From Raillietiella orientalis (taxonomy: Eukaryota): 64,000 nucleotides of DNA. A program made the translations under genes and the position numbers. Every line of letters begins with the position of its first letter. The first letter of the stretch is position 1. Positions 1 through 11,659 of the stretch are shown piece by piece. Location of the stretch: NCBI GenBank assembly GCA_036172245.1, contig JAYWIR010000001.1, forward strand, positions 5,580,001 to 5,644,000, written 5' to 3'. The notes below the pieces were generated by a model. The model was not told the DNA's origin. It saw only the letters and a program-made list of their open reading frames with translations, and did not search any database.

Positions 1-2280
1 ACGAAGTAGGTTTTCAACAGAGTCCGGGACTGCTGCCGGAGTCACGGTGGATCACAACGGATCAAGAGAGAAAAAGCAAAAGGTGGAGCCGCGGAGACGA
101 CCTTTCCTTCCACCCAGAAAAGCACTTCGTTCAGGAGCCCTTGGAGCTCCTAGCCGAAGAGTTGCTTTTGGCCTCGAGATTGGAGGCGTTGGTCTGAGAA
201 ATGGAAGGTCGGTCCGAGGAAGAAGAACAGGAGATAATCCGATGACCTTCTAGGCTTCTTCAGCAGTTCCGGATATGTCTTGCATGCTCTTTGCAAATCT
301 GACGTCCCTTGCGGATGCAGATTTGTTACGTATCCTTCGAGTTTTGCCCCGACCATCCGTGAATTGAGCAGAGAATGGCTTCTCCCGAGCTCCTCAAAGT
401 CCGTGATCTTTAGTGAGCGATTTTTTGGTCCTTAAAAGGGGTCACAGTGGAGGAGCCTACTAGAGGAAAATGAGTTCAATGGCAGAAAGTACCGAAACAA
501 CCAACACTGGGTACGCTTCCAAGAGCCCTGCCCTCCGGACCCTGCTGTCTTTGCTAGCAGCATCCACGACAATTGGAGCAAGACGAACGCGCAGGAGTTG
601 CTCGATGTGGGAAGAGTCCTTTAAGCACAGTCTCCATCCCAGAATGAAGAATTTCACCTTCAGCAGTGGAAGGCACAACCATCTGGTCAAACTGACCGAG
701 GATACAGCGCGAGCAAAGCAGGAGTCGGCGGGGTCGAACGAGCGTTGCTGGGAGACGGCTGGGGACTACCGCTCCGGGAACCGGCGTTCCGCAGGGAAAG
801 TCCAGTCGCCCTGCTCGAGGTCCGCCCGCGTGACCGCACGGGCGGGCCACGCGGGCGCCCAAGCACCGTGTTGGCGCTTCCTTGTTTTGAATCTTCAGGT
901 AGAGGAACCTTTCACCACCACCTATGCTCCCTTTGCTGACCTACTTTTCATCGGAGAGGAAGAGGAGTTTTCAAGAAACCCCGAAAGGCCAACATGTCGG
1001 ACACGTACTTGTGGCCATTTTCCGTCACATACAGACAACATTTGTTTGCAGTGTTGCCAGTGGATACCTTCCTTTCTAGAGGTTCGCTTGTAAACGGACA
1101 GCACGACTCTGTCTCCGTGGGCGACGAGGCCAAATGCTTTCGAGTTGTCTTCGACAGCGTAGGGGACTTTCCGCAAGAGATTTGGAAGGAGACCTTGGAA
1201 ATGGGACTGCGATCGACAGAAAGGAAAAAATTCAGTGCATGGGAGAATCTACTTCCTTCCATCCCTTTCCGTGAAGAGTCCCCAGCGTGAGCACCTGCCC
1301 GCAGGGGACGCGCGCATTCGTCTAAAACTTTTCTCCTTCCGCCTCCCTGCACCCGGACCGCCCTCCGCTGGCAACCGCTTGAGGAACCAGGCACGCAGAG
1401 GCTTTAAGGCTCACAGCGCACGAAGATTGCCTTTCGCTTTCACGAGGACCCTTCAAGGCACCTGCATGTGACGTCAATTCCTTACCAATGTGCCACGACA
1501 CGTGCGTGGAAACCTGGAAATGCTTGGAAAACTTTTCAGAAGAGTCGGCTGCTTGCTTGCGATGATCATTACAAGCAAGTGACTGCTCCTAACGGCGAAG
1601 GATCTATTTGGGGACTTAATTGCAAGCAATAAGCCGCGTGACCCTTCCCGGTTCGGATGAAATTCCAGGTAAAAAAAAAGAAAAAAGAAATGCTGCGTAT
1701 CCACGTAGGAAGGGGGAAAAGATGAAGTGGAGGCTGTAAAAGCGGTGAAAGTTACTCACACTGCACCGCTTGGCACACGCACGTTTGGTTGCCACACTTG
1801 GTCCACAGAATACCAACCCACCATCCTCCGAAGCCCCATCCTCAAACTTGGGAAGCTTCGACTTACCGATGTCAAGACAACTGTGGCAGCTTCTGAGCTG
1901 ACCCGCACAGTCTCTTGCATTAACGTATCCGCCTGCTCTTCTCGAAAGCTGGAGGGTGGCAAGCTGGACTCGCAGATTCCTGCGGCCGGGATTACTGGTA
2001 GTTGGGGCAGGTGCAGACGCCAAGATGGTGAGGTAAAATTCTGGAAGATCGCGGAAGAATTTTCTTTGCCGACGCTCCAGTCAGACAACACTCGAGGCCA
2101 CGAAAAGGTGGACGAATGCATGGGTCCGCTAAAAGCGGGAGGATGCGCTGCCAGTGATACACCCATGGCTGACAATGGCGGTGTCTTTGGGTTCCACAGA
2201 AACATGGGGTCCACATAGCCCTGGTGTGTGGAGATAGAAAGGTTCTAGGTGGACAAGAGAGGCAGCGTTTCTGATGTGAG
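1..2280 (-). mobile_element. Decayed L1/Tx1-type LINE ORF2 (endonuclease to RT), running off the left edge
   Basis: APE-like 'ADTLMQET' near 1920; RT-like 'QLLRVRLAPIV' near 590; and 'GRKGRLRGSTFCFFSLDPL' (resembling GVRQGCPLSPLLF...DPL) near 60-110. These occur in collinear order with many frameshifts. Confidence 0.6.
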
Positions 2281-2539
2281 AGCTGCATGCGTGGGTGGAC
2301 TAGCTATCTACCCCTCGGGAATTTCGCAGGGCAAGCTTACCGGCTCGCCAGCAAGGAATCTCCGAAAGCTGCTCGCAGCCGAGTGAAACTCACCTTTGAC
2401 TCTCCACTTTCGCACTTGAGCTTCCGCTACCAGTGGACTCGGCTGTCGCAGCTGCTGCTGCTACTCCCCACGAAAATCTTTGCTTTTTGAGACATCCACC
2501 GATGACTGCATTCATCGTTTTATCTCGGAAGAGCAAACA

Positions 2540-3200
2540 CATGGTGACCGCCTGCTTGCGGATTGCGCTACGCGAGATGGGAGCGTCCTCGGAGCAGAAG
2601 AATTGGAGCTTCCATTCCCTCGAGGCTCGGGCGCGACACTTTGCTCACCCCCCTTCCCCCTATCCCCCCAGAGAGCAAGCGACCTTAGAAATTCGGCTGC
2701 GTCTCCTCGGAGCTCCGTAAAGCCAGCGTGCAGCCGCCACTTAGGCCCCAGGAGTCTCAGTCCCGCTAAGGGCCAACCTCGGCGAGGGGGCCTCGGGTCT
2801 CCAGAGAGTCTCTTCGCGGACGGGTGACCCTCTTGAGGAGGGAGGGAGGGGAACGTCCACGCAAGACGCGCCACTGCCGACGAGCCATGCTGTACACCGG
2901 GTAGGGAACGCACCCACGCAGGGCGCGCCCCGCTGATTCCCGGTGATTCGCACCTCGCAGCCAACTCGACCACCGCGGTGGTTCATCCGCGGAGCATTTC
3001 GAACGAGCACGCGTCGCCCTTCGGAAAGTCGGGCGGCTATGGTCGCGCGCGTTGCTGGGAGGCGGAAACCTGGACGTGCAGCCGTAGAGGCGGTCGCCTG
3101 GCTCGCGACAGCATCCGGTTCTCTCCGCGTGCCGCCATGGTCGCTGAACGTCCGCCGGATCAAGCGTGATCGGAGGGGCAAAAGGGAGAGAGAGGAAAAA
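2540..3200 (-). repeat. Family B dispersed repeat, distal body fragment
   Basis: 2745-2885 aligns closely with 4380-4510 (e.g. ccaacctcggcgaggg..cctcgggtc.ccagagagtctcttcgcggacgg.tgacc), with weaker similarity to the reverse complement of 14200-14470. Confidence 0.7.
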
Positions 3201-3247
3201 AATGGCGGTCGAGAAGAAAGTGAGGAATAGAACCGTGCTGTACTTAC

Positions 3248-3383
3248 TGATCACCATCATTTCCTGTTTCTCCGAAACCGTGTGAAAAGAAGGGGCGTCG
3301 GCAGAAACTTCGCACCTGTACCTTCCAGAAGATTCTATGCTAACATTCCTCAGAATCAACTTGCTTTCCACTGATCTTCTCAA
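3248..3383 (-). CDS. beat: Coding exon of the same Beat-family gene: C-terminal half of Ig domain 1
   Basis: Translation LRRSVESKLILRNVSIESSGRYRCEVSADAPSFHTVSEKQEMMVI contains the Beat signature SG.Y.CEVSA(D/E)APSF.T. Acceptor is ttatttctatctgatag (AG at 3385-3384); donor is GTAAGT at 3247-3242 (phase 1). It joins the upstream exon in frame across a 130-bp intron. Confidence 0.92.
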
Positions 3384-3435
3384 CTATCAGATAGAAATAA
3401 GAAATGGAAGCAAAGGAGAAAACAAAATGTGGACT

Positions 3436-3464
3436 CGCGCGCGCGCGCACACACACAAACACAC
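3436..3464. repeat. (CG)n(CA)n compound microsatellite within the 130-bp beat intron
   Basis: Sequence cgcgcgcgcgcgcacacacacaaacacac, read directly. Confidence 0.9.
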
Positions 3465-3513
3465 CCAGTGCACGTGAAAGAAGTCAGTTTCCGATTTTTT
3501 CCTCATTACTCAC

Positions 3514-3749
3514 ATCTAAATCAATACCAGGTATTGGGAACATAGTAACTGCAGGTCTTTCACCAGGAGTGTATCGATAAAACTCTTTGCTTCCTTTGAA
3601 CCACTTTACGGAGTATAAAGGGTGACTGTCCAAGTGGTACTCACAAATTAAGTGCACCGAATCTCCCAGTTTTGGATAAGGTGGCACTTTAAACTTTTTC
3701 AGGACTACACACGTTGCTGGATGCGTGAGCAAGTTCAAGCAGTGCATGG
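3514..3749 (-). CDS. beat: Coding exon of a Beat-family (beaten path) Ig-domain protein: end of signal region plus N-terminal half of Ig domain 1
   Basis: Translation VVLKKFKVPPYPKLGDSVHLICEYHLDSHPLYSVKWFKGSKEFYRYTPGERPAVTMFPIPGIDLD matches the Beat motif VP..G..V.L.C.YDL....LYSVKWYK...EFYRY.P...P...F..PGI.VD. Acceptor is ttttcttgtttttccag (AG at 3751-3750, phase 1); donor is GTGAGT at 3513-3508 (phase 0). The paralog cannot be identified from sequence alone. Confidence 0.92.
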
Positions 3750-3896
3750 CTGGAAAAACAAGAAAACACTCGTCACCCACCACCCACCGGGGGGTTCTTT
3801 TCGTGCGCTGCTCAGAAGGCGCAAGACATGAGTGCGCTCGTTCCCCTCGTCCTCCTTAAACCAACGTTTCTCTTCGAAGGTCCAGACGATTGATCC

Positions 3897-4005
3897 TATT
3901 TCGTTTCATAACATTCGATTCCATTCCATTCCATTCTACCATCCCATTCCATTCATTCCATTCCAGTCTTTTCCATTCTACTTGACTTCATCCCATCCCA
4001 TCCCG
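3897..4005. repeat. Degenerate (ATTCC)n pentanucleotide repeat
   Basis: Runs such as attccattccattccattctaccatcccattccattcattccattcc. Confidence 0.85.
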
Positions 4006-4009
4006 TTCA

Positions 4010-6700
4010 GGTCCCTAAGACGGGCGGTGACTTTTCTTCAGGACCGCGCGTTTCGTGGTAGCTCCGTGCTGCCGGTGTTTCCCGGGAGGGCGATTTTGTT
4101 TGTACGCGCGCAGTGCGCCTAATTGCAGGTGGTGCACCCGAAGTCTCCGTGCGATGGGTCGCTTCCGCGTGCATTTCGGCCCGTCGCGCCCAAGAGGGAC
4201 GCCCGAAGCCATAGCAGCGCGCGAAGAGGCGGTGGGGCCTCGTGTTCCTGGAGATGGGGTCTCGCGGGAACCTGTCGCGAATCCGTTCTTCTTCCCTTTC
4301 GAATCTTGTCCCTTCCTACGAAGGACACCATCGCTGAGGCTGCGCGAGAGCTCCGTAGAACCCGTTGCCGGATCCCGAGCGCCCGGGAGTCTCAGTCCAA
4401 CCTCGGCGAGGGGACCTCGGGTCGCCAGAGAGTCTCTTCGCGGACGGATGACCTTCTTAAGGAGGGAGGGCGGGGAACGTTCTCGCAAGACGCAAGTGCG
4501 CGCGAGCTCTCTGGAGAAGTGGCACTGGGAGCGCCCAGAGCGGCACGGAAGGAGAGAGAAGCCGTGTGCGGCAGACGGGTCACCTCCGCACGCCTTCGTT
4601 CCCCTGGAGGGACGTGCCCACCCGGAGTGTGAGACGAGGGATGGTGGATGCGAGGAAACTTCATCTTGCCCACCTCCTCCGTATAAGAGTAGAGGGCATT
4701 CCGGAAAGTTAGCTGCCACTCCACGCGGCCTCCGTACCTCCGACACCGCCGTTGCCTGGGAGACCTGATCCGCCGCCTCCTTCCTGAGCGGGGGAGACTC
4801 GTCCCCGCGCTGCTAGCTGCACGCTTCCCGGCTACCGCTCGCCTCCCGCCAGGTGCCACGCCCGAGTATCCCAGCCGCTCCCACACGCAGCGGGGTCCTT
4901 GCGGAAGCCTCCATCTCCCTGAGATTCTGTCTCCCAGTGACGAGGCCTTCCCTCTCCATCCCGACAGGCACTCTCCAAGACGCTTCGTGGGTAAACCCTC
5001 GAAGGAGTCCTCGGACCCGTGCGGGGGGGTTGAGACTCGGAAGTCGCAGGAATGAAGCCCTCCCGTAGGGGGACGTCTCCCTGCCTCCCTCGCGACGCAT
5101 AACGGCCGCGGGTGCTCTAGGGCGCTTCCGCCTCCCGGATCGTCTTCGGGCTCTGCACTTGCGCCCAGCTCAGGCATGAGCACCGGGAAACCGGCAAAGG
5201 CAGGGGAAAGCGAGAGAAGGGGGGGGGAGGAGGGGATGAAAAGTTTGGTCAATCCCTGACACAGTCGCCAGGCGAGCGAAGGACTCCGCCGGTCGATGGC
5301 AGAAGGGGGGGGGGGATTTCAGGGATGCGCGCGCCTTCTCCTCCTGGAGAAAGGCAAGAAGGGGTCGGAGAATAGCGGAGGCCCTCATCCAGACCCTTCC
5401 GCCATTCTTTGCCTCCTTCCCTTAAACCTCTCCGTAGAGACGCGGCTCAGCTCTCGTTAGTCTCCCGGACAACGCGCTTACCGACTGCCACTCAAGCCAC
5501 GCGGCAGCGCACCCAGCCAGCCTTGAGGACCCTACTCCTCCACGCGAAGGGGTGGGGAGATCCACCCGTGCCCCGATCCCCGACGAGATCTCAGCGACGG
5601 CAGGCAGAAGGCACCGCCATGATGGATTCTCAGGCATGAGGACTCTTCTCTTAGGTCTTCCTTCTTCTCCTCTGGAGGGGAAGGGAGTCATCATCCACGA
5701 TCTGTGGGTCGGCCTAAGACGGAGGGAGAAAGTGCGACGGGATGGCCGACGCAAGTCCCCCATCCTGTTCCTACGCGAACGGTGGCGGTGCTACCTAGCG
5801 ACGCTCGCGCGCACCGCTTGGCATGGTGCGAGCTCGCCGTTCACGAGTGGCAGGAGGAGAGGCAAGGGGGAGGTCAATCGACAGTCAGCGTGTTTCTCCA
5901 CAGAATACCTTCGTGATATCGCCTCTCTGGAAGAGACCGGCGGAAGAAAGTAGTCACTCCCTTCCACTTCCGGTTCGATTGCTACCGCGCAGAGCCTCCG
6001 AGTCTTCCGGGAAGGAGAATCCGGCAATCCTTCCGGGATGTCCGTCCGCTACTTTTCCTCCCCACTAGGGAGCCGAGAGACGCTCCCGACGGACCACACG
6101 CTCGCGTGGGCACGTTCGTTCCACCGAGAATGCTCCAGCTAGATGCCCTCCTCTGCCCTTTGCTTCCGTGACAATGCACCTCGACCAATGCCGTTCCCTT
6201 CCCGAAGAGGAACCTCCTTGGGTGACAACCCATCCCTTATCAAAGGATTGCTGCCGACCGAGCAGCTGGCGTGATCCCTAGCGTGGTAAGAAGTATGAGG
6301 GCGTATCCTGGCCATCGAAAACTTTCCCGATTGTTGCGGGTGCCAGATGGGAACTCTCCGCGCCAAACTTCAGGCCTTCCCGGTAAGAATGGAACCGCAG
6401 TGCTTCCAGGTCGTGCCAGAGGCCGGAGCGCACAATGGCGGAACGGAGACGAAAGTAGAAAAGAGCCGCTTCGAAAAGAATGAGAGAGTCTTCAAGGTTG
6501 CACGTCGCAGCAGAGCGGCCGCCGGAGGTCGAGGCTTCAGAACAGACGCAACGAGAGATGGCGAGCGATCTCGCAGGTCGCTCGCTTCGAGAGCCGCAAA
6601 CCGTGGAGTTCCGTTCGCAACTCCAGGGAATTTCTAGCAAAGCTAGCAGGGATGACGAAAGCGCTGTAAGAAGCAGTTCGATAGCGATCCAGTCTCCACT
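4010..6700 (-). repeat. Family B dispersed repeat, long body without head
   Basis: Collinear similarity to other copies: 6465-6510 with 10810-10855 (gag(a)gagt(c)ttcaaggt), 6015-6060 with 10465-10520, 4690-4770 with 19865-19950, and 4380-4510 with 2745-2885. Confidence 0.6.
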
Positions 6701-6709
6701 CTAAACCTC

Positions 6710-9700
6710 ATCAGGGAACGAGCCCAGCATCTCCTTTCAGATATCCGGAGACGACAAAGTGCTCATCTTCGCCAAAGAGAAAGAAAGGTTCCCTCGCAGG
6801 TACCAGTGGATGCTGGAGCTCCTCCTCTAGCAGGCTTTGCTTCTGGAAGCGCATGAGAAATCGAAAGAAAGGCGCAAGTGCAAAGAGTCTCAGGAAGGGA
6901 GAAGCTGAGGCTTTTGGTAGCTTAGCGCGCGTACCGAGACGCCAGTGTTTACCTCGGCTGTTACCTCCAAAGAACCGCGAATAAGGGGTTCGACTCTTCC
7001 TCCACTCGTTCCTCACCGGGCACCTCACTTTTCGCAGGCGCATCTTTGCAGCCTCAAAGGCTCCCCATGCACTATCGTCGCAGTGGTCAGCACGAGCAAG
7101 AACGCGTCACGCAGCCAAGACTGCGTGAGTCGCAGCCAAGACTAGGTCTTTTTTCTGAGCAAAGAACGAACGGTAAGCAGGGAGAGGTCAGAGCGAGGAG
7201 GACCCGGAATAGCCAAAGTTTGGCCATCCTCAGTTCGAACCTCGGCCTTCTCTCCCTCCGCTCGAGTGTCCGACACCTGAGCGCCGGCAAGAGCACGGGC
7301 GCTGGAGGCGGGAGTTGCTGCATGACAACGGGTGGCTGTCGCAGCAACAGGGCGATCCGACCGCCCCGGAAACGAATGTCCAATCAGAGAGTAAACTTTT
7401 GGGAAGCCATGCTCCACAGTTCTTGGACAGCGTCCAGTAGAGACCAAGTCTTCATGAAAGAGAAAAGGACGTCTTAATGGAGAACCTGGAGACGATGGTA
7501 TGCGGGCCACAGCGATGGAAACTCAAGAAGGTGTGTGTGTAGGGAAGGAGTGGGGCAGTCCATATCTCCGTGAGGTGCACATGTGGAGGAACGCCAAAGA
7601 GATGCAGTTTTCAACGTGCTCTTCTGCCACAGAGTAACACGAGCAGCTGACACGGAATACGATCTGGAGGCAGAGCCGCAATGAAAACTGCCAAGCAACA
7701 TCCTATCTGGTGGGATTCAAGGGTGAAACCAGAAGGAGACCACTGATTTTTTTACGATCCACCGCAGCCGCTGCAAGGGATTTTTCGATGTTCCTTGAAG
7801 AAGAACGGTTCCTTGCAGTGCATGCCAGGCCTTCAATCCAGAGAACTCCTTCTTCGGACCAACAGCGGACCAACATCGATCAAGGCAAAAAGACCCAGAG
7901 AAAAGAAACTTCACGCGATGGTTTTGATCCAAAAAGGTTTCTGGGGAAATTTCTGGTCCTCTCTGCTCCGTCACTGGACGCATGGGCGGGCACTCGGCAC
8001 CGTGAGAACGGAGATTCCTGCACACGCTACGGACGTTGGTGCTTTAGAAACGCCAAGAACGACGGACATCTATTGCGTAGCTGCGACTGGATCGCGGCGA
8101 CTTTTGCCCTCCCGATTCTCGCTTCCTCTCCAGCGGTATCTGCTCGCGGATCCAACAGGTCGAAACCTGAAACGATGAGGGAGGTGTTTCGCGGCACGGA
8201 GTGTGCCGGTGTCCCACTACACAGCGCTGCCATATTCCGGGAACGCTTTTCGGTTGTGATGATGTCAGCTCGTCAGCGCCTCCGCTGAGGACTGGTGATC
8301 CGAAGCTGTCTTCCCCGGGAGTGTGACGTGGGAATCAGTGGCGTCGAGGCTGTCGTCATGGAGTCATCTTCACGGAGCAGAGTGACCGCTACAGACAGAT
8401 CAATCCCACCGGAATGCACGGTCGGCTGACGACAAGAATATACTGACTTCTGAGCGGTTTCTATCACCATGACCCTACAGTGGTCTTTGGCAAAGATCTG
8501 ACACGGTTAGCCAGTCGGCTTGGAAACACGAAGACTCCACTTCCGGTCCGACGCTAGTGAGCCTGTGCGCTGAGTAGGCCCTGACTACTCACCGATCTCC
8601 AAAGGGTATTGACGCTTCCGGCAGGAGCACCACGAATGAAGAGGTCGCACTATCCCAACGGAGCAGCCGTCCTGCAGCGACCGACATCTCAACAGAAAGC
8701 CGCTGGACCGAATCGGCCGCCCTTTCCAATAGAAATTCTCGGTTTCCGTGGATTCCAGAGGCCAAGAAAAGGTGGCGCGATGAGATCCGACTTCACGGAG
8801 GAGCAGCATGGACGCAGCAGGGAACGCGAAGGGGTGCAGGGAAACTTCGGTGCCTGCCACCGGGCAGTGAGACGGCACCAGGCACGAAACCCTACGCCTA
8901 TCGATATTATGTGACGGTGCTGGGACAACCGCTCGCCTCTCGAGGAAGATCTCATGTCTGTCCAGATTTTGCTACCAAGAGGCTGTGAAACCGGGAAGAG
9001 AAGCGGGCAGTAGAACCAAGGAAAGGTGGGACGACATGGAAACCAAGGCGTGGCCCAGCCCTCTGGTGAAGGCAAGAGAATAAGCTTGAAAAGCACGTCA
9101 AGGATCTCCGCTGCGAGATGCTGGGTCCAAAATAGTTTCCAGAGGAAGGCTTTTTCGAATTTCGCTTCCTCAGGGAGTCGGATTCCATCATTCCGGAAGC
9201 GTGTGCGACAGGCAAGTCATCTTCCTCCTTTTCCGAGTGGACATCCGTGCGGTTCCTCGAGCAGTGACTTTCCCCGCGTACACTTCAAGGTGCTAGTGAA
9301 GCGCTTTCGACTCCCGCGAATACTCCCGCGCAAGCGCACGCGACCGGAGTGCTCACCACGCAGTTCCCGAAGGAGCATCCAGAGCACGGCCTCCTCTCTT
9401 TTCCGATCTCCTTGCGAGGTGAACGTCCAAGAGGTCAGGGTCAATTTCTCTGCCCGGCGCGTACACGAGAGCTTCCACGCAGGTGCACGTAAGATAGATC
9501 GCAGTGAAATATGAACCTGGATGGCTGGGATGCCGAGATCGATGCTTCGTTTCCTTGCTCCATCAGGTCGCGCCGGGAGTGGGTCAGCAAGGCGAAGGGA
9601 GAAGGATGGCTCCCGACTGCTACCTTCTGGACCCGGAACTAGGGTGTGTGGACCCTAGTTGTGGCAGGTGAGGCAAGAGCGAATCCCTCTTGCACCTGTT

Positions 9701-10234
9701 TGTGGATTGTGTTGACCTCCGGTCCCTCTGGGATCGCTTTACTGCGACCTTAGGAATCCCGGCGGCAACCCCAGGGATTCATTAAGACCCCTCTTCCTTC
9801 GCGACGCCCTGCGGCCGGCAGCCTCATAGCAGCTTTCTGATGCCTAGGAGGGATTGGGGCGGCCCGGAGCGACGCAAGAGGAGGATCGAGTGACATCCAC
9901 TTTACCGTCGGATTCACGAGGATGGCAACGAGATGGCCCCACCTGAAGGACTGTTTGCAGCAGGAGCTTGCCGGCATCCTGCAGAGGATGCAGAGACCTC
10001 CCCCAGCAGGAAGTGATCCCGTACCTCCCCAAATTTGTTTATTTATTTATTTTTTGTTTGTTTGTTTGTCATCTACCCTCTGCTTCCGTACAGACTTCAT
10101 CGGTCTGCGTACCGGTAATCCGGCAGGATCCCGTCAAATTGCACGTAGTTTGGACCACCGGTCTAACCACAGAAACTATGATTGTTTTTTTTTTTTTTAT
10201 AAGAAATGAATACCCCGTCGCACCCGGCTGAGAA
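6710..10234 (+). mobile_element. Decayed, internally deleted L1/Tx1-type LINE (ORF1 remnant, EN, RT, 3' UTR, terminal motif)
   Basis: Zinc-knuckle-like remnant near 7050; EN C-terminal 'YGRWCFRN' near 8030; 'KAFSNF' near 9145; C-terminal 'ATRWPHLKDCLQQELAGILQRMQRPP' shared with other copies; T-rich 3' UTR; terminal motif at 10205-10234. Confidence 0.7.
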
Positions 10235-10239
10235 TTCGG

Positions 10240-11650
10240 GCTGGGGACTCGAAAGGCTGCGTGCATACGGCAGACGCGCCAGGAGGAGCTCATAAAGGGA
10301 TTCTCTTTTTGCCCCCTCCCGAAACCCGAGGGGTGAACGGGGAACGCAAGGGGGAGCTGCCGATCCCCACCCGCGAAGGAAGGAGTGCCCTGCGAACGCT
10401 TTCTAACTTTGGATTCGGGCGACCTGCGGGCAAAATCACGGTCGCTCGCCGACAACCTCTCCCGGCGGATTCCCCGATTCCCTGCTGACCCTGGGGAACC
10501 CTGTTCCGCCCCATTTCCCAACTCGAACGGTCCCGCAAGCAGAGAACGGGGTGAGAAAATTACCCTTCCCTGACGACCGCGCGCTTGCTGCGATCGTCTT
10601 GTCCTCCGGGTCGCGCACACCGGCGAGACTCCTCCCTGATGAGCTCCTCGGGCGCACTTGTAGGGTCTGATAATAGGTCATCTCTGCTCACCTTGTCCGT
10701 CCTGCGCTTCGCACAGCTGCTTGGACCTCCCCACCGGGCGCGCACAGCAAAACAAACAGAACAAAGGTACGCCCATTCTTCAGGAGAGAAAGAGGCCTAG
10801 TCCCTATCGAGGCCACCCCGAGAAGTAGGGAGAGTTTCAAGGTCCGCATACGTGCTCGCCCCGGTGTACGGTACGGAGAGGCGCCTGCGCGCCGGAGGTG
10901 CCCCAAGTAAGAGAGACGCACTTTGGGTTTGCCATGTGCTAAAGAACCATTTGCCCACGGGTTCATGGAGCTCTTTAACGCCGTCCACGCCACTCGAGGG
11001 GGCGTGCGACTTTTCAACTTAGGGGGCAACCCCGAAGGAACCACCCCATGAAATCCAGGAAGGCCCCCGAGGAAGCAGAGTCCGTTCCTCTCACACTTGG
11101 CAGAGAACCCTCCCCCTAGTTGTCTCCGGAGGGGTCTCTCGGAGGGCTGGCCACTTCTTGTTTCTTCTCCGGAGGGAACCGCTCCTGGTTTCCTCCTCTG
11201 AAGAGGGACCCCGAATTCTCCCTCCCCGATTTTTCTGAAAGGTCGCTCACCAAAGGGAGCAGCGCTCTTGTTTATACTCTGGAGAGCTGTCGATCCACCA
11301 GCTCCGCGGTTCGAGATGGAGGGAATAGACCAAGAGGACCGAGAGGTGGGGACGATTCTGTTTCCACAGCCGGAGGGGAACCCCCAAAAGCTCCTGGAAG
11401 GACCTGGATGGCCGACTTCCAATCCAGGACACTCATCGGGGACATGCGGTTTCCGGCTTCCACCAGTGCCGCTGCACTCGAAGTCTTCAGACCAGCCAAC
11501 GTAGTCCTGAGGGGGAGGGAGGGGGCGGAGGAAAGGATAACGAAAACCATGACGCACCTTCATTCTCAATGTCGACCCTTTCCCCGGTGGGATTCGAACC
11601 CGCAGCGCTTGGTGCCATGCACAGGGACTGCAGCCAACAACGCGAGAGGT
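10240..11650 (-). repeat. Family B copy with tRNA-like 5' head
   Basis: Head at 11580-11637. The body aligns with 59430-59990 in the same orientation (gggagcagcgc.ctt.tt.a.actctgga.agct) and with the reverse complement of 50350-50520. Confidence 0.75.
11580..11637 (-). other. tRNA-derived head (Pol III B-box, weak A-box); not an intact tRNA
   Basis: Minus strand reads TGGCTGCAGTCC...CACCAAGCGCTGCGGGTTCGAATCCCACCGGGGAA, a T-arm/B-box plus an acceptor-like 3' end. Confidence 0.65.
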
Positions 11651-11659
11651 TCTCGATTG

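Noticed and set aside
2766-3247. Read-through of ORF 2766..3383 as part of the Beat protein
   Set aside because: Beat similarity ends at the GTAAGT donor at 3247; the remainder is intron and repeat sequence.
4015-5252. Long overlapping ORFs (243, 237 and 286 aa; likewise 10688-11569, 25200-26057, 36452-37378) as host genes
   Set aside because: They are Arg/Pro/Ser/Gly-rich, open on both strands, lack recognisable domains and lie inside GC-rich repeats where stop codons are rare.
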